Assembly: GCA_025558095.1 (NCBI GenBank)
Contig: JAIVFI010000037.1
Coordinates: 1 to 64,000, forward strand
Length of the DNA: 64,000 nucleotides
Origin: Hyaloraphidium curvatum SAG 235-1
Taxonomy: Eukaryota > Fungi > Monoblepharomycota
Direction of reading: 5' to 3'
A model generated the notes under the pieces. That model did not search any database. It had not been told where the DNA came from and saw only the letters and a list, made by a program, of their open reading frames with translations. Positions 29,988-41,204 of the stretch are shown in pieces. The first letter of the stretch is position 1, and each line of letters starts with the position of its first letter. The translations under genes and the position numbers were made by a program.

Positions 29988-31615
29988 TCACGCCTTCTTT
30001 TCGACCTCCGCCATCTCCGGTGCGCTTCCGGCTCCCTCGGCTCCCTCCGCCGGCCCCGATCCCAGCCGGACGTAGTCGTCGCCCTCGACCACCAACCGCC
30101 TCCTCAGCGACCGATCGTTCGCAAACGCCACCGCGACCCCCGCGACAAGCGACAGGCCCGCGGTGATCCACCAGCAGATCGCGTAGCTCCCCCTCGCATC
30201 GTACTCGACCGCCCCCAGGTAGGCCCCCAGGAAGGCGCCCAGCTGGTGCACCGCGAACGCGACGCTGTTGATGGTCGCCAGCCACCTGGTCCCGCAGATG
30301 GCGGCGAACAGCGAGGTGGTCACGGGGATCGAGGGGAACCAGGCGAGGCCGAGGAGCACGCAGACGGAGATGACGCCCGCCGGGGTGGCGGGGATGACGA
30401 TGAGGACGACGAGCATGGTGCCGCGGAAGAGGTAGATGGCCGCCAGGAGGTACTTGAGCCGTAGCCCTTTGATGAGCATGGGGAGGATGCCCGAGACGAA
30501 GGTGGCGAGGGTCGAGGTGATGCCGAGGACGGAGATGCACCATGCCGCGGTGGAGGAGGAGAGCCCGCGGTCGCGGAGGGAGGCTGCCATGGATGCCGAG
30601 GTGAAGCCGACGGTCCACCCGCAGGAGGTGTAGGCCAGGACGAAAAGGAGGATGGGTACCGAGGTGAAGGCCTCCTTGATGGCGGCCCATGCGTTGGGAG
30701 GGTCCGGCACGGGTTCGTAGCGGGGTCCGGCGGGTGCGACGGCGACTTCCACCGCGGCGGGCTTGGCCGGCTCCTTTGCTTCCGCCTCCGGCTTCTCCGC
30801 CGGCTCCTTGCTGTCCTTCTCCGGCTCAGCGCTCTGCGCGGGGGCAGGTACCGGCGGCACGGCCCTGGGCTTCTGCTTCCGCAGCATGACGACCATCGGA
30901 AACACGATCATGGCCTGGAACGCGATGATGTACGCGGCCTTGACCCATCCGAACGCGGAGATGAGGTACTGCGCCAGCGGTGCCAGCGCGAACTGGCCCG
31001 TCTGCGCCAGCGCCGACACGGTGCCAAAGACCAGGGAGCGCTTCCGTACGGCGCGGATGTCGTTGGCGGGGAACAGCCGGCCGACGTTGCCCAGCAGGAT
31101 GCCGACGGAGATGCCGGCCCCGCCGATGCCGACCAGTATCGACTGCCCCGCGATCCAGGCCGCCTGCGACATGTGCTCCGCCGAAGCAAAGACGAAGTTG
31201 CCCCCCACGAACAGGGCGGAGGCGACGAGCATGATGAGCGCGGGCCGCCCGAAGGTCTCGATGAGGGTCGCCCACATCGGGCCGAAGAAGCCGTTGAGGA
31301 GGTTGCCGATGGCGAAGGCGAGGGAGAAGGCGCTGCGCGGCCAGCCCATGCCTTCCTGGATCGGCACCTGTTGCAGAAGCTCGGAGGTCAGCACCTGCGG
31401 CTCCGCAAGCCAGGCGCAGGCGACTGCTCACGTTGAACACGCCCATGGCCAGGCGGCCGCCGAGCGTCTGGAAGGCGATCATGCTTGCGGCCTGCAGGAG
31501 GGAATCAGCGGCTGCGAGGTCGGAGTCTGCAGGCGACACGGACGAAGGTGACCCCGAGCGGGCCGTTGACGATCCCGGCGGCGGTCCCGAGGAACGACGG
31601 CGCCTCCATCGCCAT
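29988..31615 (-). CDS. MFS transporter (12 TM) with 5' introns
   Basis: GWPRSAFSLAFAIGNLLNG..GRP; HQLGAFLGAYLG..YDARGSY; many TM helices. Confidence 0.85.
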
Positions 31616-32020
31616 GCTGGAGTGAGGTGGAGCGTCCGATGTCCTTGCACGCGGTTTGCAAACAACCTCGGTGCGTTGGTCGGTCCGGAGGACGCGGTGG
31701 CTAATCGTTCGGCGAGGCGGAGCCCGGAAACCACCGAACCACCCGCGCGGCACAACCCCTGTAGCGCCGCGTTTGCGAACACCAATCGCGCAATCAGGTC
31801 TCTTCCCGCGGAAATATGCGGCTTCTAGTGCTTCGAACGCGCCTGACCAGACTTGGGGGCGCGGGGTCTGAGTGGTGTTGCGGGGGCTGCGAGGTCTTCA
31901 TCTCGGAAGCAATGCAGCATGGAGGTGCATGTAATCATCATAGGAAAACCAATTCCGCCAAAGTCGCCATTCCAGCACTCAATATCCGCTTATCCGCCAC
32001 GACGAAGAATTTCGTACTGG

Positions 32021-32330
32021 TCACCCCGCGGCGGCGACCGCCGCGGCTGGGTCGCCATGCCTTCCGCAGTTGAGCTTGTGCTTGGGCCAGTCCGCTTTCT
32101 GGCAGTCGACCGAGCAGTACCAGACCGACTTGCAGCTCGCGCACCGCCGGAGAGCCGCCCGATCCTTGCTGGCCTGGCACCAGTAGCAGGTGAGCTCCGA
32201 CAGGTGGATTTCGTGTGCGGTGAGGGCCTGGTACGCGGCGGTCAGGATCCCGGAGAAGCGGGGCGCGCAGCTGGCTCTGTGGCAGGCGGGCGCGGTGACG
32301 GTCCGGTACTCCGAGAACAGGTTGCCTCCA
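32021..32330 (-). pseudogene. 3' fragment of a MYND zinc-finger gene
   Basis: TAPACHRASC..CYWCQASKDRAALRRCASCKSVWYCSVDCQKADWPKHKLNC with no evident 5' part. Confidence 0.65.
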
Positions 32331-32339
32331 AGCCGCCCA

Positions 32340-32480
32340 TGCGGATGGCCCCGTGCAGCGGGTGCCCCGCGCAATTGCCGTTCTCGAAGCTCAGAAGGTG
32401 CACGAGGTGCAAGGCGGACTACTATCGCTCAGCAGAGTGCCAGCGGGCGGACTGGGCCAAGCACAAGCAGCTCGGGGAGT
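32340..32480 (+). pseudogene. Degenerate MYND finger fragment
   Basis: PCSGC..LRRCTRCKADYYRSAECQRADWAKHKQLG; two Cys ligands lost. Confidence 0.6.
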
Positions 32481-32538
32481 CCCCCGATCGGGGCGAGGGT
32501 GATCGGGAGCCGGAGCTTCGACGTGTCGGGGCAACAGC

Positions 32539-33159
32539 GTGCTCGGATCCGCGGATGTAGGCGAGATTGCTCTATACCTCGGCTTGATGTGCGTCTTGAC
32601 CGCGGACGACCTCTGGCTCCGCTTGCTGCCGGGATGGTGTTCGACCCGTTGCACCCGTCCCCTGTCGTGCATCACCGTCCCCACCCGAGCCCACGTTGCT
32701 TCGTTCGCTCTTGAGTGCAGCCTGGCGCAACCCGCAATGGAGGCGTTCTTGGCGCGCGAGCTCGGGCGACAGCCTGGTTCCGCTCCTCGCAGCCCCTGCA
32801 TCGCCTGCGGCATCAGCACATCAGAGTTCCGGACGGGGATTTCCTGGGGCGGCGAGGGAGGGAGCCGCGGTTCCGCGGACCTGACGTTCGCAATGGGCGC
32901 CCTATGCCGCTCGCCCGGGTGCGCCGTGGCCGGGGTTCGGATCGTGCGGCGAGCTATGGAAAGTACGACCGGTGAAGGAACAGGCACGTCTCGGGCTTTT
33001 TGTAATGCATGGCAACGTCCAGAAGAGGCCTACGGAGCTCAAGAGGTGCGGCAGGTGCAAGGCCGCCAGATACTGCTCGGCGGGTGCCAACGGGCGGACT
33101 GGCCGCGCCACAAGCCCGATTGCACCGACGTCAAGGGGACCCGAGGTGGCGACGGATGA
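32539..33159 (+). pseudogene. Frameshifted MYND gene, paralog of 6301-7416
   Basis: HVASFALECSLAQP..RSPCIACG..ALCRSPGCAV aligns with QIATFALETAIARP..RSPCISCG..PLCHARRCAV; finger split across frames (FCNA / ELKRCGRCKAARYCS / CQRADWPRHKPDC). Confidence 0.7.
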
Positions 33160-33323
33160 GCCGACGCGAAAGGAACAGCAGAATTGGAGATGATTTCGAC
33201 GGCCGACAGTCTGGAGCATTCGCATTGCGGACAATACACGACCGATCCCTGCTGGTCCAACCGACGTACCCCGGTCTACCCGGTACCCGCTTGACCATGA
33301 CTTGATCCCCGCCCCGACAGCAA

Positions 33324-34225
33324 TCACTCGGCCTTGCCGCCGCCCGCCGCTCGCCTCTTGAACGCCGCCACGTCCTTGGCATCCGGCTTGGTCAACAGCA
33401 CGAAGTAGGCCGCCGTCCCCCCGCACAGCGCCAGCGCCACCAGCTCCGACGGATCCAGCGCTCCCCTCCTGTGGGCGTCCCAGTCGCCGTAAGGCCCGCC
33501 CCAGTTGCCCTTTCCGAACACGCCCCAGAAGAACCGCTGCACCGGGTTGACCAGGAACCCGGCGATGGCGACGATCATGCCCCCGCGGTGGGCGGCGAGG
33601 TCGCCGTCGTTGAGCGCCTTGAGCGCCGTGCCGTAGCCGAGGGTGATGGCGGTCAGCGCGGCGGCGTTGCCCCAGTGGAGCACGCGGCTGATGGGGACCA
33701 TCCCCTGGACGAACAGGATGTAGGCGATCTGGACCTGTGCGGGGGGCGGAAGGGGGTTAGGGGCTCTGGTGGACAGCGGAATGGCGGGAGAGGGACCTGG
33801 GTGGCGATCACGAGGGGGAAGGCGAGGGTTCCGAGCACGCGGTGGAGCTTGTAGCTGCGTTGCCTGATCCAGGGGGTGGCCTGCATGATGAAGAGGGAGA
33901 GCAGGACGGCGGAGCCGGCGATGTGCAGGCGGATGGAGGTCTGCCGCTCATGGAACCTGCAGGGGCGGGGGCGGGGTGAGCTCCGGGGAATGGACCGCAA
34001 GGCCAGCCGTACGTACATGGGGGAAATGCCGAGCTCGTGGAAGGTCGCGAGCACCGACGGCGACGCCGAGCCGTCGTCGGGGATCACGGCGCCCTTGAAA
34101 CCCACGACGTTCTCGGCCTCGGACTTTGTGAAGTAGCTCACGATCCGGTCGAACGTCCAGAGCGAGGAGAACGCGAAGGCCGCGCCGGCGGCGACCATGG
34201 GCGCGTAGCCGAGGATGGAGGCCAT
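33324..34225 (-). CDS. DUF2306-like membrane protein (2 introns)
   Basis: RLHIAGSAVLLSLFIMQATPWIRQRSYKLHRVLG and AAHRGGM..VQRFF motifs. Confidence 0.6.
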
Positions 34226-34814
34226 CTCCGTCGCGTGCTGCTCCTGCGGCGCGTGGGGATAAGCCGGGCGCGGCGCGGCGCGCGGGGCGCGGACCCACGC
34301 GGCGAGCGCGAAAACACCGGGGCGGAGAGAGGAGCGCCGCAGAGGTGCGGGAGGCGTGCGCGGCGCGGATTCTCGCGAGCGGGACACCACGACGGTGCTG
34401 GGGCGCTTTCAAGCGTCGGCCCCCGCAACAACTCGCTGCAGCACAGCCCGCAGCAAAAATCATCGATGATGTTGTTCCTCATGGCACCGTTACCACACGG
34501 CATGGTGCTGGGGGCTCGCTCTCTGATCGATCCGCGTCTCCTGGAGGATTGCAGAGGAGGGTTACTGCTCGCACGAGAACGAGCACTTTGCTTGCTCGTC
34601 CGATCGCCCGCCAAGACAACGCTACTACCACCATCCGAGGGAATCGAAATGTGCCGCAGATTGCCCGCTCGATGGATTGGAGCTCCGCTTTAGGCTCCCG
34701 GTGTGATTTAGCTGCGGCGCACTGGATTCTTCGACTCCGGGTCTCCGCGGTGGGAACAGTGGGGAGGACGCGTCCGCTTGCCCCTGCAAACCGAGCTCCT
34801 TCTTCATACCCTCC

Positions 34815-35447
34815 ATGGCCACGACCCTGCTGGACGACGACGCGGTCCAGATCCTCCTGGGCGGCCTCCCCCCACCCCGCGACGCGTCTTCCCCCCCGGC
34901 GCTCGCGATGCGCGTCTCCTTCCACATCCTCCCCTCCACCCCCCACCCGCACGCCCTCTCCTCCAACTCCCACACCATGCTCTCGCTCACCCCCACCGGC
35001 ATCTCGGAGTGGCTCGCCTTGACGTCCGCGGACGGGAAGTCGGGGGCGACGCTGATCCGCTGCGGGCCCGACACGGCGGGGCTGGGCGGGCTGATGCACG
35101 GCGCGCTGTCGTTCCTCCTGCTGGACATGTCGTGCGGGATGGTGGCCTCGGCTGCGTCGGGCGGCGTGGCGATGACGAGGAAGGCGGATCTGCGGTGGAG
35201 GAAGGCGGCCCCCGTCCCGGGGGTGTACTGCGTCCGGACGAGGGTGGCGAAGCTCGATCCGCCGGGGACGCAGCGGCGGCAGGTGGTCGTGGAGGGCGGG
35301 CTGGTTTCGTGGGACGCGTACCGGGCCGAGGTGCTGGACGGGAGGCCGGATGCCGCGGTGGAGGCATTCGTGGAGGCGACGATCGACTTTGGCGTCGTCC
35401 CCCGGGGCAAGGTCGATGCGGGACCGATTGCACCGTCGTCTCTCTAG
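34815..35447 (+). CDS. HotDog-fold thioesterase (PaaI/THEM4-like)
   Basis: AGLGGLMHGALSFLLLDMSCG; AMTRKADLRWRKAAPV. Confidence 0.7.
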   Translation: MATTLLDDDAVQILLGGLPPPRDASSPPALAMRVSFHILPSTPHPHALSSNSHTMLSLTPTGISEWLALTSADGKSGATLIRCGPDTAGLGGLMHGALSFLLLDMSCGMVASAASGGVAMTRKADLRWRKAAPVPGVYCVRTRVAKLDPPGTQRRQVVVEGGLVSWDAYRAEVLDGRPDAAVEAFVEATIDFGVVPRGKVDAGPIAPSSL

Positions 35448-35721
35448 ATGTCTTTCTCCAAAATCCTGGCTTCGAGCCGGTAGCCTCGGTCAAGCCCAGG
35501 TCCAGTCAAGCCCTTGAGGCGACGGTTGGTCCCATCTGACACTGTTTCCTTTCGCCAAAAGACCCCGCAGACTGGTCCGTACCAACTGGAATCTATTCGC
35601 TCGACGTGAAGGATCACCCGGACCGCTGCGCAGGCTGTTGCGACCCGTCTGGAGCACACCGCACGCCGAAGTTCGCGGGTTTCCTCCACACTACTTGTCG
35701 CCGCCGATTCCCAAGGACGTC

Positions 35722-37347
35722 ATGTCTCCCGCCGACGATTTCTCCCCGGACGAATGGCTGGCGCTCCTTCCTGCCCCGGTGTCACCCCCGTTCCCCCCGC
35801 CCGGCCCGCTGCGCGTCCCCGCCGACCCCGCGGCCGACGCGCGCTCCGCCCGGCCGCTCACGCGCGCGGCCCTGCGGGCGGCGATCCGCCCGCTGAGCGC
35901 GCACCTGACGGGCTGGCTGGACGCGCAGTACGCGCTGGCGCCGCTCAACGCCCGCCTGCTGCTCCGCTTCACGAGCTTCTGCGTGCTCGGCCTGGCACTG
36001 GCCCCCGCCCCGGCCGTGCTCAACGACGGCCGCTTCTCCGTCCGCGGGATGGGCTGGGGCCTCGCGGCGTACGGCCTCTTCTTCGCGTTCAACCAGCTGG
36101 CCATGGTCAGGGGGAGCTGGCGGGGGGCCGGCGTCGGGAAACGCGGGCAGGCCGCCGACCCGGACCTGGGGTCGCACGCGCTGGCTCCCGTGGCGCGGTG
36201 GAGCCAGCTAGTCCGTGCGGCCGACGGTGTCGCCAGAGGGAATGGCGACGTGGAGCACGGCCGGGACGCCGCCGGGGCCGCCCAGGCAGTCTGCTCGGCT
36301 CTTGTCACCCACAGGGAGGGCGACCCGCTCTGCCCCTGCCCCATGCCCTCGTGCGCCGGTGGCCTCGCGGACGCGGCCGCATGGTCGCGTGCCGCCGAGT
36401 ACGGGATCCGGACCGCGCTCGCCGTCGCCTCGACCGTTGTCGCGGCCTACACCGCCTTCGTCACATTTGCCCCGCGCTTCTGGACCTCCTGGTGGTGGGC
36501 CCTGCTCGCGTGCTTGTACATCGTGGCGATGGTGTGGAGCCTCGTCACGGGGCCGCTGGGCCGGATCTCGGCCGTCTTCCCCGTGATGGGCCTCGTCGAG
36601 AGGCTCCACGTGAGGGCCGTGTCGCTCGCGCTGGGCGGTCTGCTGGACCGCCTGCACGCGCAGCTCGCCGGCGGTCGGCACGACTTGGGGAAACCCGGCT
36701 CGGAAAGAGCCGACGGGGAAAAGTCGGAGGTATTGAAGGCAGACCGTGAAGCAACGGACCCGGACAGCACGCACGAGGAGCTCTACGTCCGGCTCCACCT
36801 GCTCCTGTCGACGGTCTGGCAGAAACGCATCCTCAACCCGTGGACGGGGGACGTCACCGCCCTCGCCATCTTCGCCACCTCGTCCATCCTCTGCATCGCG
36901 CTCAACATCGTTCGTACACCTTGCTCCAACCGCCGCACCGGCCTGACCCGCCTCCCACCGCAGATCGGCGGCCTCTGCGTCCCCGCGTGGACGCTGCTCT
37001 TCGGCGCCTTCGTCCTCGTCCTCTTCTTCCTCGACCTCTCGAGCACCGCCGCCAGCAACGCCCAGATCCGCTCCGTCACCTCTCTCTACTCCTCCGCCCG
37101 CCAATCGCTCCGCCGCATGGCCCTGCTGCACCCTTCGCACCCCGCGCTCCCCGCGTTGGACCGGCACGACGCGATGCTGGCGTCGTTCCTGGACGCCGGC
37201 GGTTACGAGATGCGGTTCTGGGGGTTCGCGGTCGGGTACGGGACCGTGCGGACGGTCGCGGCGACGGTGCTGACGGTCGGCTTCGGGCTGTGGGGGGTGG
37301 CGCGGGGGAGCGGGATGTACGTGACGCCCGAGACGGTGTGCTACTGA
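35722..37347 (+). CDS. 7-TM family member (candidate 7TMIC), intact
   Basis: HREGDPLCPCPMPSCAG, EELYVRLH..W, MRFWGFAVGYGTVRTVAATVLTVGFGLWGVAR..TPETVC; in-frame intron about 36910-36963. Confidence 0.8.
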   Translation: MSPADDFSPDEWLALLPAPVSPPFPPPGPLRVPADPAADARSARPLTRAALRAAIRPLSAHLTGWLDAQYALAPLNARLLLRFTSFCVLGLALAPAPAVLNDGRFSVRGMGWGLAAYGLFFAFNQLAMVRGSWRGAGVGKRGQAADPDLGSHALAPVARWSQLVRAADGVARGNGDVEHGRDAAGAAQAVCSALVTHREGDPLCPCPMPSCAGGLADAAAWSRAAEYGIRTALAVASTVVAAYTAFVTFAPRFWTSWWWALLACLYIVAMVWSLVTGPLGRISAVFPVMGLVERLHVRAVSLALGGLLDRLHAQLAGGRHDLGKPGSERADGEKSEVLKADREATDPDSTHEELYVRLHLLLSTVWQKRILNPWTGDVTALAIFATSSILCIALNIVRTPCSNRRTGLTRLPPQIGGLCVPAWTLLFGAFVLVLFFLDLSSTAASNAQIRSVTSLYSSARQSLRRMALLHPSHPALPALDRHDAMLASFLDAGGYEMRFWGFAVGYGTVRTVAATVLTVGFGLWGVARGSGMYVTPETVCY

Positions 37348-37414
37348 GCCCTGGGCGGGGTGTGGGTGGGTTGAAAAGGTTGAATGCAATCGGCATGCGA
37401 TTTCCATGGAAGCC

Positions 37415-38179
37415 GTGCGGGTGCCCGGCGCGGAGGGCGTCCTCCAGCGCGCCGGGGGCGATCAGGCCCGCGCGGGAGGTGTTGACGACCAGCGCGTCCG
37501 GCTTCATCCGCGCGAGGTCCTCGGCGGCGACGATGCCCCGCGTTGCGGGGACGAGGCGCATGTGCAGGGTCAGCACGTCGGCGCGGGAGAAGAAGTCGGC
37601 CTTGTCGCGGGCGGCTTCGAAGCCGTCCTCGGCGGCCTGCGCGCGGGAGGGCTCGCGGCCCCACACCAGGACGTGCATGCCGAACGTCTGGCCGTAGCGG
37701 GCGATCTCGCGGCCGATGCGGCCGTACCCGAATATGCCCAGCGTCTTGCCCCTCAGGCTGGAGCCCAGGCCGACCTGCCATCGCCCCTCCTTCATCGCGG
37801 CCATCTGCTGCGGGATCCCCCTCACGGCCGCGATCACCAGGCCCCACGTGAGCTCGGCGGTCGCGTAGGACGGGGTCCCCGGGTGCAGGTTCGAGCACAG
37901 CAGCACGCCGCGCGCGGTCAGCGCGTCGACGTCGACGTGCGGGTACACGCTGCGCTGGCTCACGAGCCGGAGCTTGGGCAGGCGGCTGATGAGCGGGGCG
38001 CGCAAAGCGGTGCGCTCGCGGATCAGCACGAGGGCTTCGGCGTCCGCGAACCGCCGCGCGAGCTCGCCCTCGTCCGTCGTGTGGTCGTTGAACACCGTGA
38101 CGTCGTGGCCGTCCAGCAGCGAGAAGCAGGGGAGGGTGTGGAGCGTGTCGCTCCAGTCGTCGAGGATCGAGACGCGCAT
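37415..38179 (-). pseudogene. Bacterial-type D-2-hydroxyacid dehydrogenase, C-terminally truncated
   Basis: Intronless MRVSILDDW..LVLIRERT..GIFGYGRIG..VNTSRAGLI; similarity stops at ALRAGHP, before the expected DV..EP and TPH catalytic motifs. Confidence 0.75.
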
Positions 38180-38325
38180 GACTGAACAGCGACGCGCTCT
38201 GATGGCGATCCTGAGCCGGGCCAATGGTGAATCGGCCTAACCAGGTCACTTCCGGGAGAATTGGCAGGGGCACACGAGTGACGAGAGGGAGACAAAAGGG
38301 ATTCCCGCAACGGGCCCTGTTTACG

Positions 38326-40180
38326 ATGCTCGTCACCGCGGTGCTGCTCGCCTCCGCGGCCTACTTGATCTTTGAATTGTGGTGGAGACGCTCCGCCGAC
38401 CGAGGCGATGGCGACGCGGTCGCGACGCTCGTCGGCGTGCCGTGCGTGTCCTCCTCGGCTTGGTCCCGACGCCGGCACTCACTCGTCCTGCGCCTCCCGA
38501 AGCTTCATCAACCGCCCCTCGCTGTCCAACGCGAAAAAGTCCTTCGTGACCGACCTGGACGCGATCCGCGCGACGGGCCGCAAGAACCTCCGATGGGTCA
38601 ACCCTCTCCGGCCCGGCGTCACCGTGGTCGTCGTGTCGGACCCCGCCGTGCTCCGCGAGATCTTCGTCGGTGCGAAATGGGAGAACTTCACGCGCGCGCA
38701 CCCGGCCATGGGCCCGCAGCAGGAATACGCCGGCGGGCTGATCCTCCAGCCCAACGGGGACGAGTGGCGGCAGGCGAGGGCGCTGTTCGACCGCACCTTC
38801 ACCACCCCGGCCGTGCGGTCGTACGTGCCGATCCTGGTGGACCTGCGGGACACGTTCATGGGGCAGATCCGAAAGGTCAACGCCGCGGCGCCCGACGGGT
38901 TCGACATCCAGCCCGAGCTCTTCAAGTTCACCTTCGAGTGGGACACTCCCTCGGCGACCTGGATTGCGGGCGACTGACAATGTTTCCGCCCCCGCAGCGC
39001 CATCTGCAGGCTCGCGTTCGGCGAGGAGATCGGGGCCATGACGACCAAGGAGGGCGAGAAGCTCCTCGACGCGTGGAACGAGTGGTTCGGCGCGACCTCG
39101 ATCCTCATGCTCGTCAACATCCTCTTCTCCAACGACGCCTGGGTACGCCCCGATCGACTCGGCCGACGGACCCGACGCTCATCCCCGCGCCCGCAGAAAT
39201 ACTTCACGGGCCTCAAGAAGAACACCGAGCGCGGCCGCGACACCATCTACGGCCTGATCCAGCGCGGCATCGACCGCCGCAAGCGCGGGGAGGACCTGGA
39301 CCGGGTCAGCATCCTGGACAACGCGATGCGGAGCGAGAAGCTGCCGGCGTTCATGAAGAACGACGAGGCGGAGCTTAGGAGGCAGTTTTGCACTCTGCTG
39401 TGGGTCTCCCGGGGCGAAGCGGGCCCGGCGGGCGCTCACGGCCGCCGTTTTCCAGGTTCGCCGGCCACGACACGACCGCGGGCACCACCGCCATCGCCAC
39501 GCACTTCCTCGCGCACAACCCCAGGTGGCAGAAGGCCATCCGCGCCGAGGTCGCCGCGGCCGTCCCCGCGGGCGAGCCCATCTCCCTCGAGCCCCTCGAG
39601 AACCTACCCGCGCTGAATGCGGTGGTCAAGGAGACCCTGCGGATCCTGCCCGCGGCGCCGTACGGCGGGACGAGGGTGATGGGCTGCGACATGGACTTCA
39701 CCTACGTGGACGGGGTCGACGGCCGAAGCAAGACGATCAAGTTCCGCGAAGGAGATTGGATCTTTCCTTTCGTGTACGGGGCGCAGCACGACCGGGATTA
39801 CTGGGCCCAGGATCCGGACGTGTGGGACCCTCAACGCTGGCTCGACGATCCGAACGGGGGAGCAAAGGTGATCCCGCCACACACCCGGGAAGTCGAGGCG
39901 CTGATGCCGCAGCGACAGAACCTCTACGCCAACAGCCCGTTCGGCAACGGAGCGCGCCGCTGTATCGGGGAACGGTAGGGGGACCCGCCCTAAGTCATGG
40001 CACGCAGGCTGATCGTCCCGCCCTCCCAGGCTCGCTCTCGGGGAGACCCGCGTCCTCCTCGCCTCGATCCTCCGCGAGTTCGACATCGCGCCCGGGGACT
40101 ACGTCTTCGACGTCAAGAACGAGGCGACGGTGTCGGCCGCCAACGGCGTCAAGGTCAGGCTCGTCCCCGTCAAGGCCTAG
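38326..40180 (+). CDS. Cytochrome P450 (multi-exon), paralog of 23085-24887
   Basis: FAGHDTT, KETLR, WDPQRW, FGNGARRCIGE; shares RRKRGEDLDRVSILD with the first P450. Confidence 0.92.
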
Positions 40181-40219
40181 TGTGACATCCCTGTATTGGA
40201 GCAACAGCACGCTGCCGGG

Positions 40220-40971
40220 TCACAACCTCTCCTTGTACTCCCGGGCAAAGAACTCGGCCATGGTCTCCCCCTCGTACGGCGACGGCTCGTTCTTCTCCAC
40301 CCAGAGCTTCTCCGCGGGCGTGCGCGGCGCGGGCGGGCTGATCCCCGACTCGCGCCAGAGGTCCGCCGTTGGCTCCTCGATGTGCAGCTGGGGCCCAAGA
40401 GGGAATACCGTCAGGTGGGGCGCGAATGATCCGGGAACGAGGCCCACCTCCCACTCGTAGCCCTTGTCCGCGATGAAGGGCTTGAACTTTGTCCCGAAAG
40501 AAGCCCGTTCAGTCGGAATCCCGGCCACCGTGCCCGATGCAGCCACCCACCCGCGACTCGAGGGCCGTGATGCTCCTCTGCCGGTCCTTCTCGGACCGGT
40601 TCGCCCGCGCCAGGTGCTGGCTCACAATCCTCACGAACGGCTTCCCCGTCCGCGACGCCCGCTCGTCGTGGGACTCGTTGCCGATGAAGAACGAGTCGGC
40701 CTCCACGGGGATGAAGAGGACGATCACGTAGAACGCGGGAAGGCCGACGGAGGTGCTGGTAGGCGGTCGGAGGCGGGTAAGCGGCGAGCGCGGGCCCGAG
40801 GCACGGGACGAGGTGCTCACTACATCGCCGTGAGGGACTTGGCGATGGCCCGCTTCTCCTCGGGAGAGAAGAGGGTCGCAGGCGCGTAGATTCCTAGACG
40901 GCGGGCGACGCGCTCCAGCGGCTGCCGGGGAGCCCGACGGACGCGACCGATGGCCCACGGTGAAGCGGCAT
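40220..40971 (-). CDS. Fungal-type putative oxalocrotonate tautomerase (Tautomerase_3 / cis-CaaD-like)
   Basis: Spliced MPLHRIYAPATLFSPEEKRAIAKSLTAMYTSVGLPAFYVIVLF..FVRIVSQHLAR..ADKGYEWE..DLWRESG..AEKLWVEKN, with N-terminal catalytic Pro. Confidence 0.8.
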
Positions 40972-41204
40972 GTCTCGATGCAGGTCTATCGAGGGAAATT
41001 CGCGGGTTGCAGTGCGTCTGCGTTGCGGAGCTGCGGACCGGAGATTCAAGTAGCGGTCGGTCTCGAGTTCTGCCGCCGGGACCCGGAAACCACATGGCGG
41101 AATTTAGAAATACCGCTACAGGGAAGCCCAGGGCTGCGATAGATCCATCAAGATCTGATTTCCCGTCATCCAGTGGATGCCGGAGACTGCGTCGATGGAG
41201 GCGG

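Noticed and set aside
23085-40971. Secondary-metabolite cluster (two P450s, PRISE SDR, thioesterase, MFS, tautomerase)
   Set aside because: No PKS, NRPS or terpene synthase core, and the genes are interspersed with unrelated ones.
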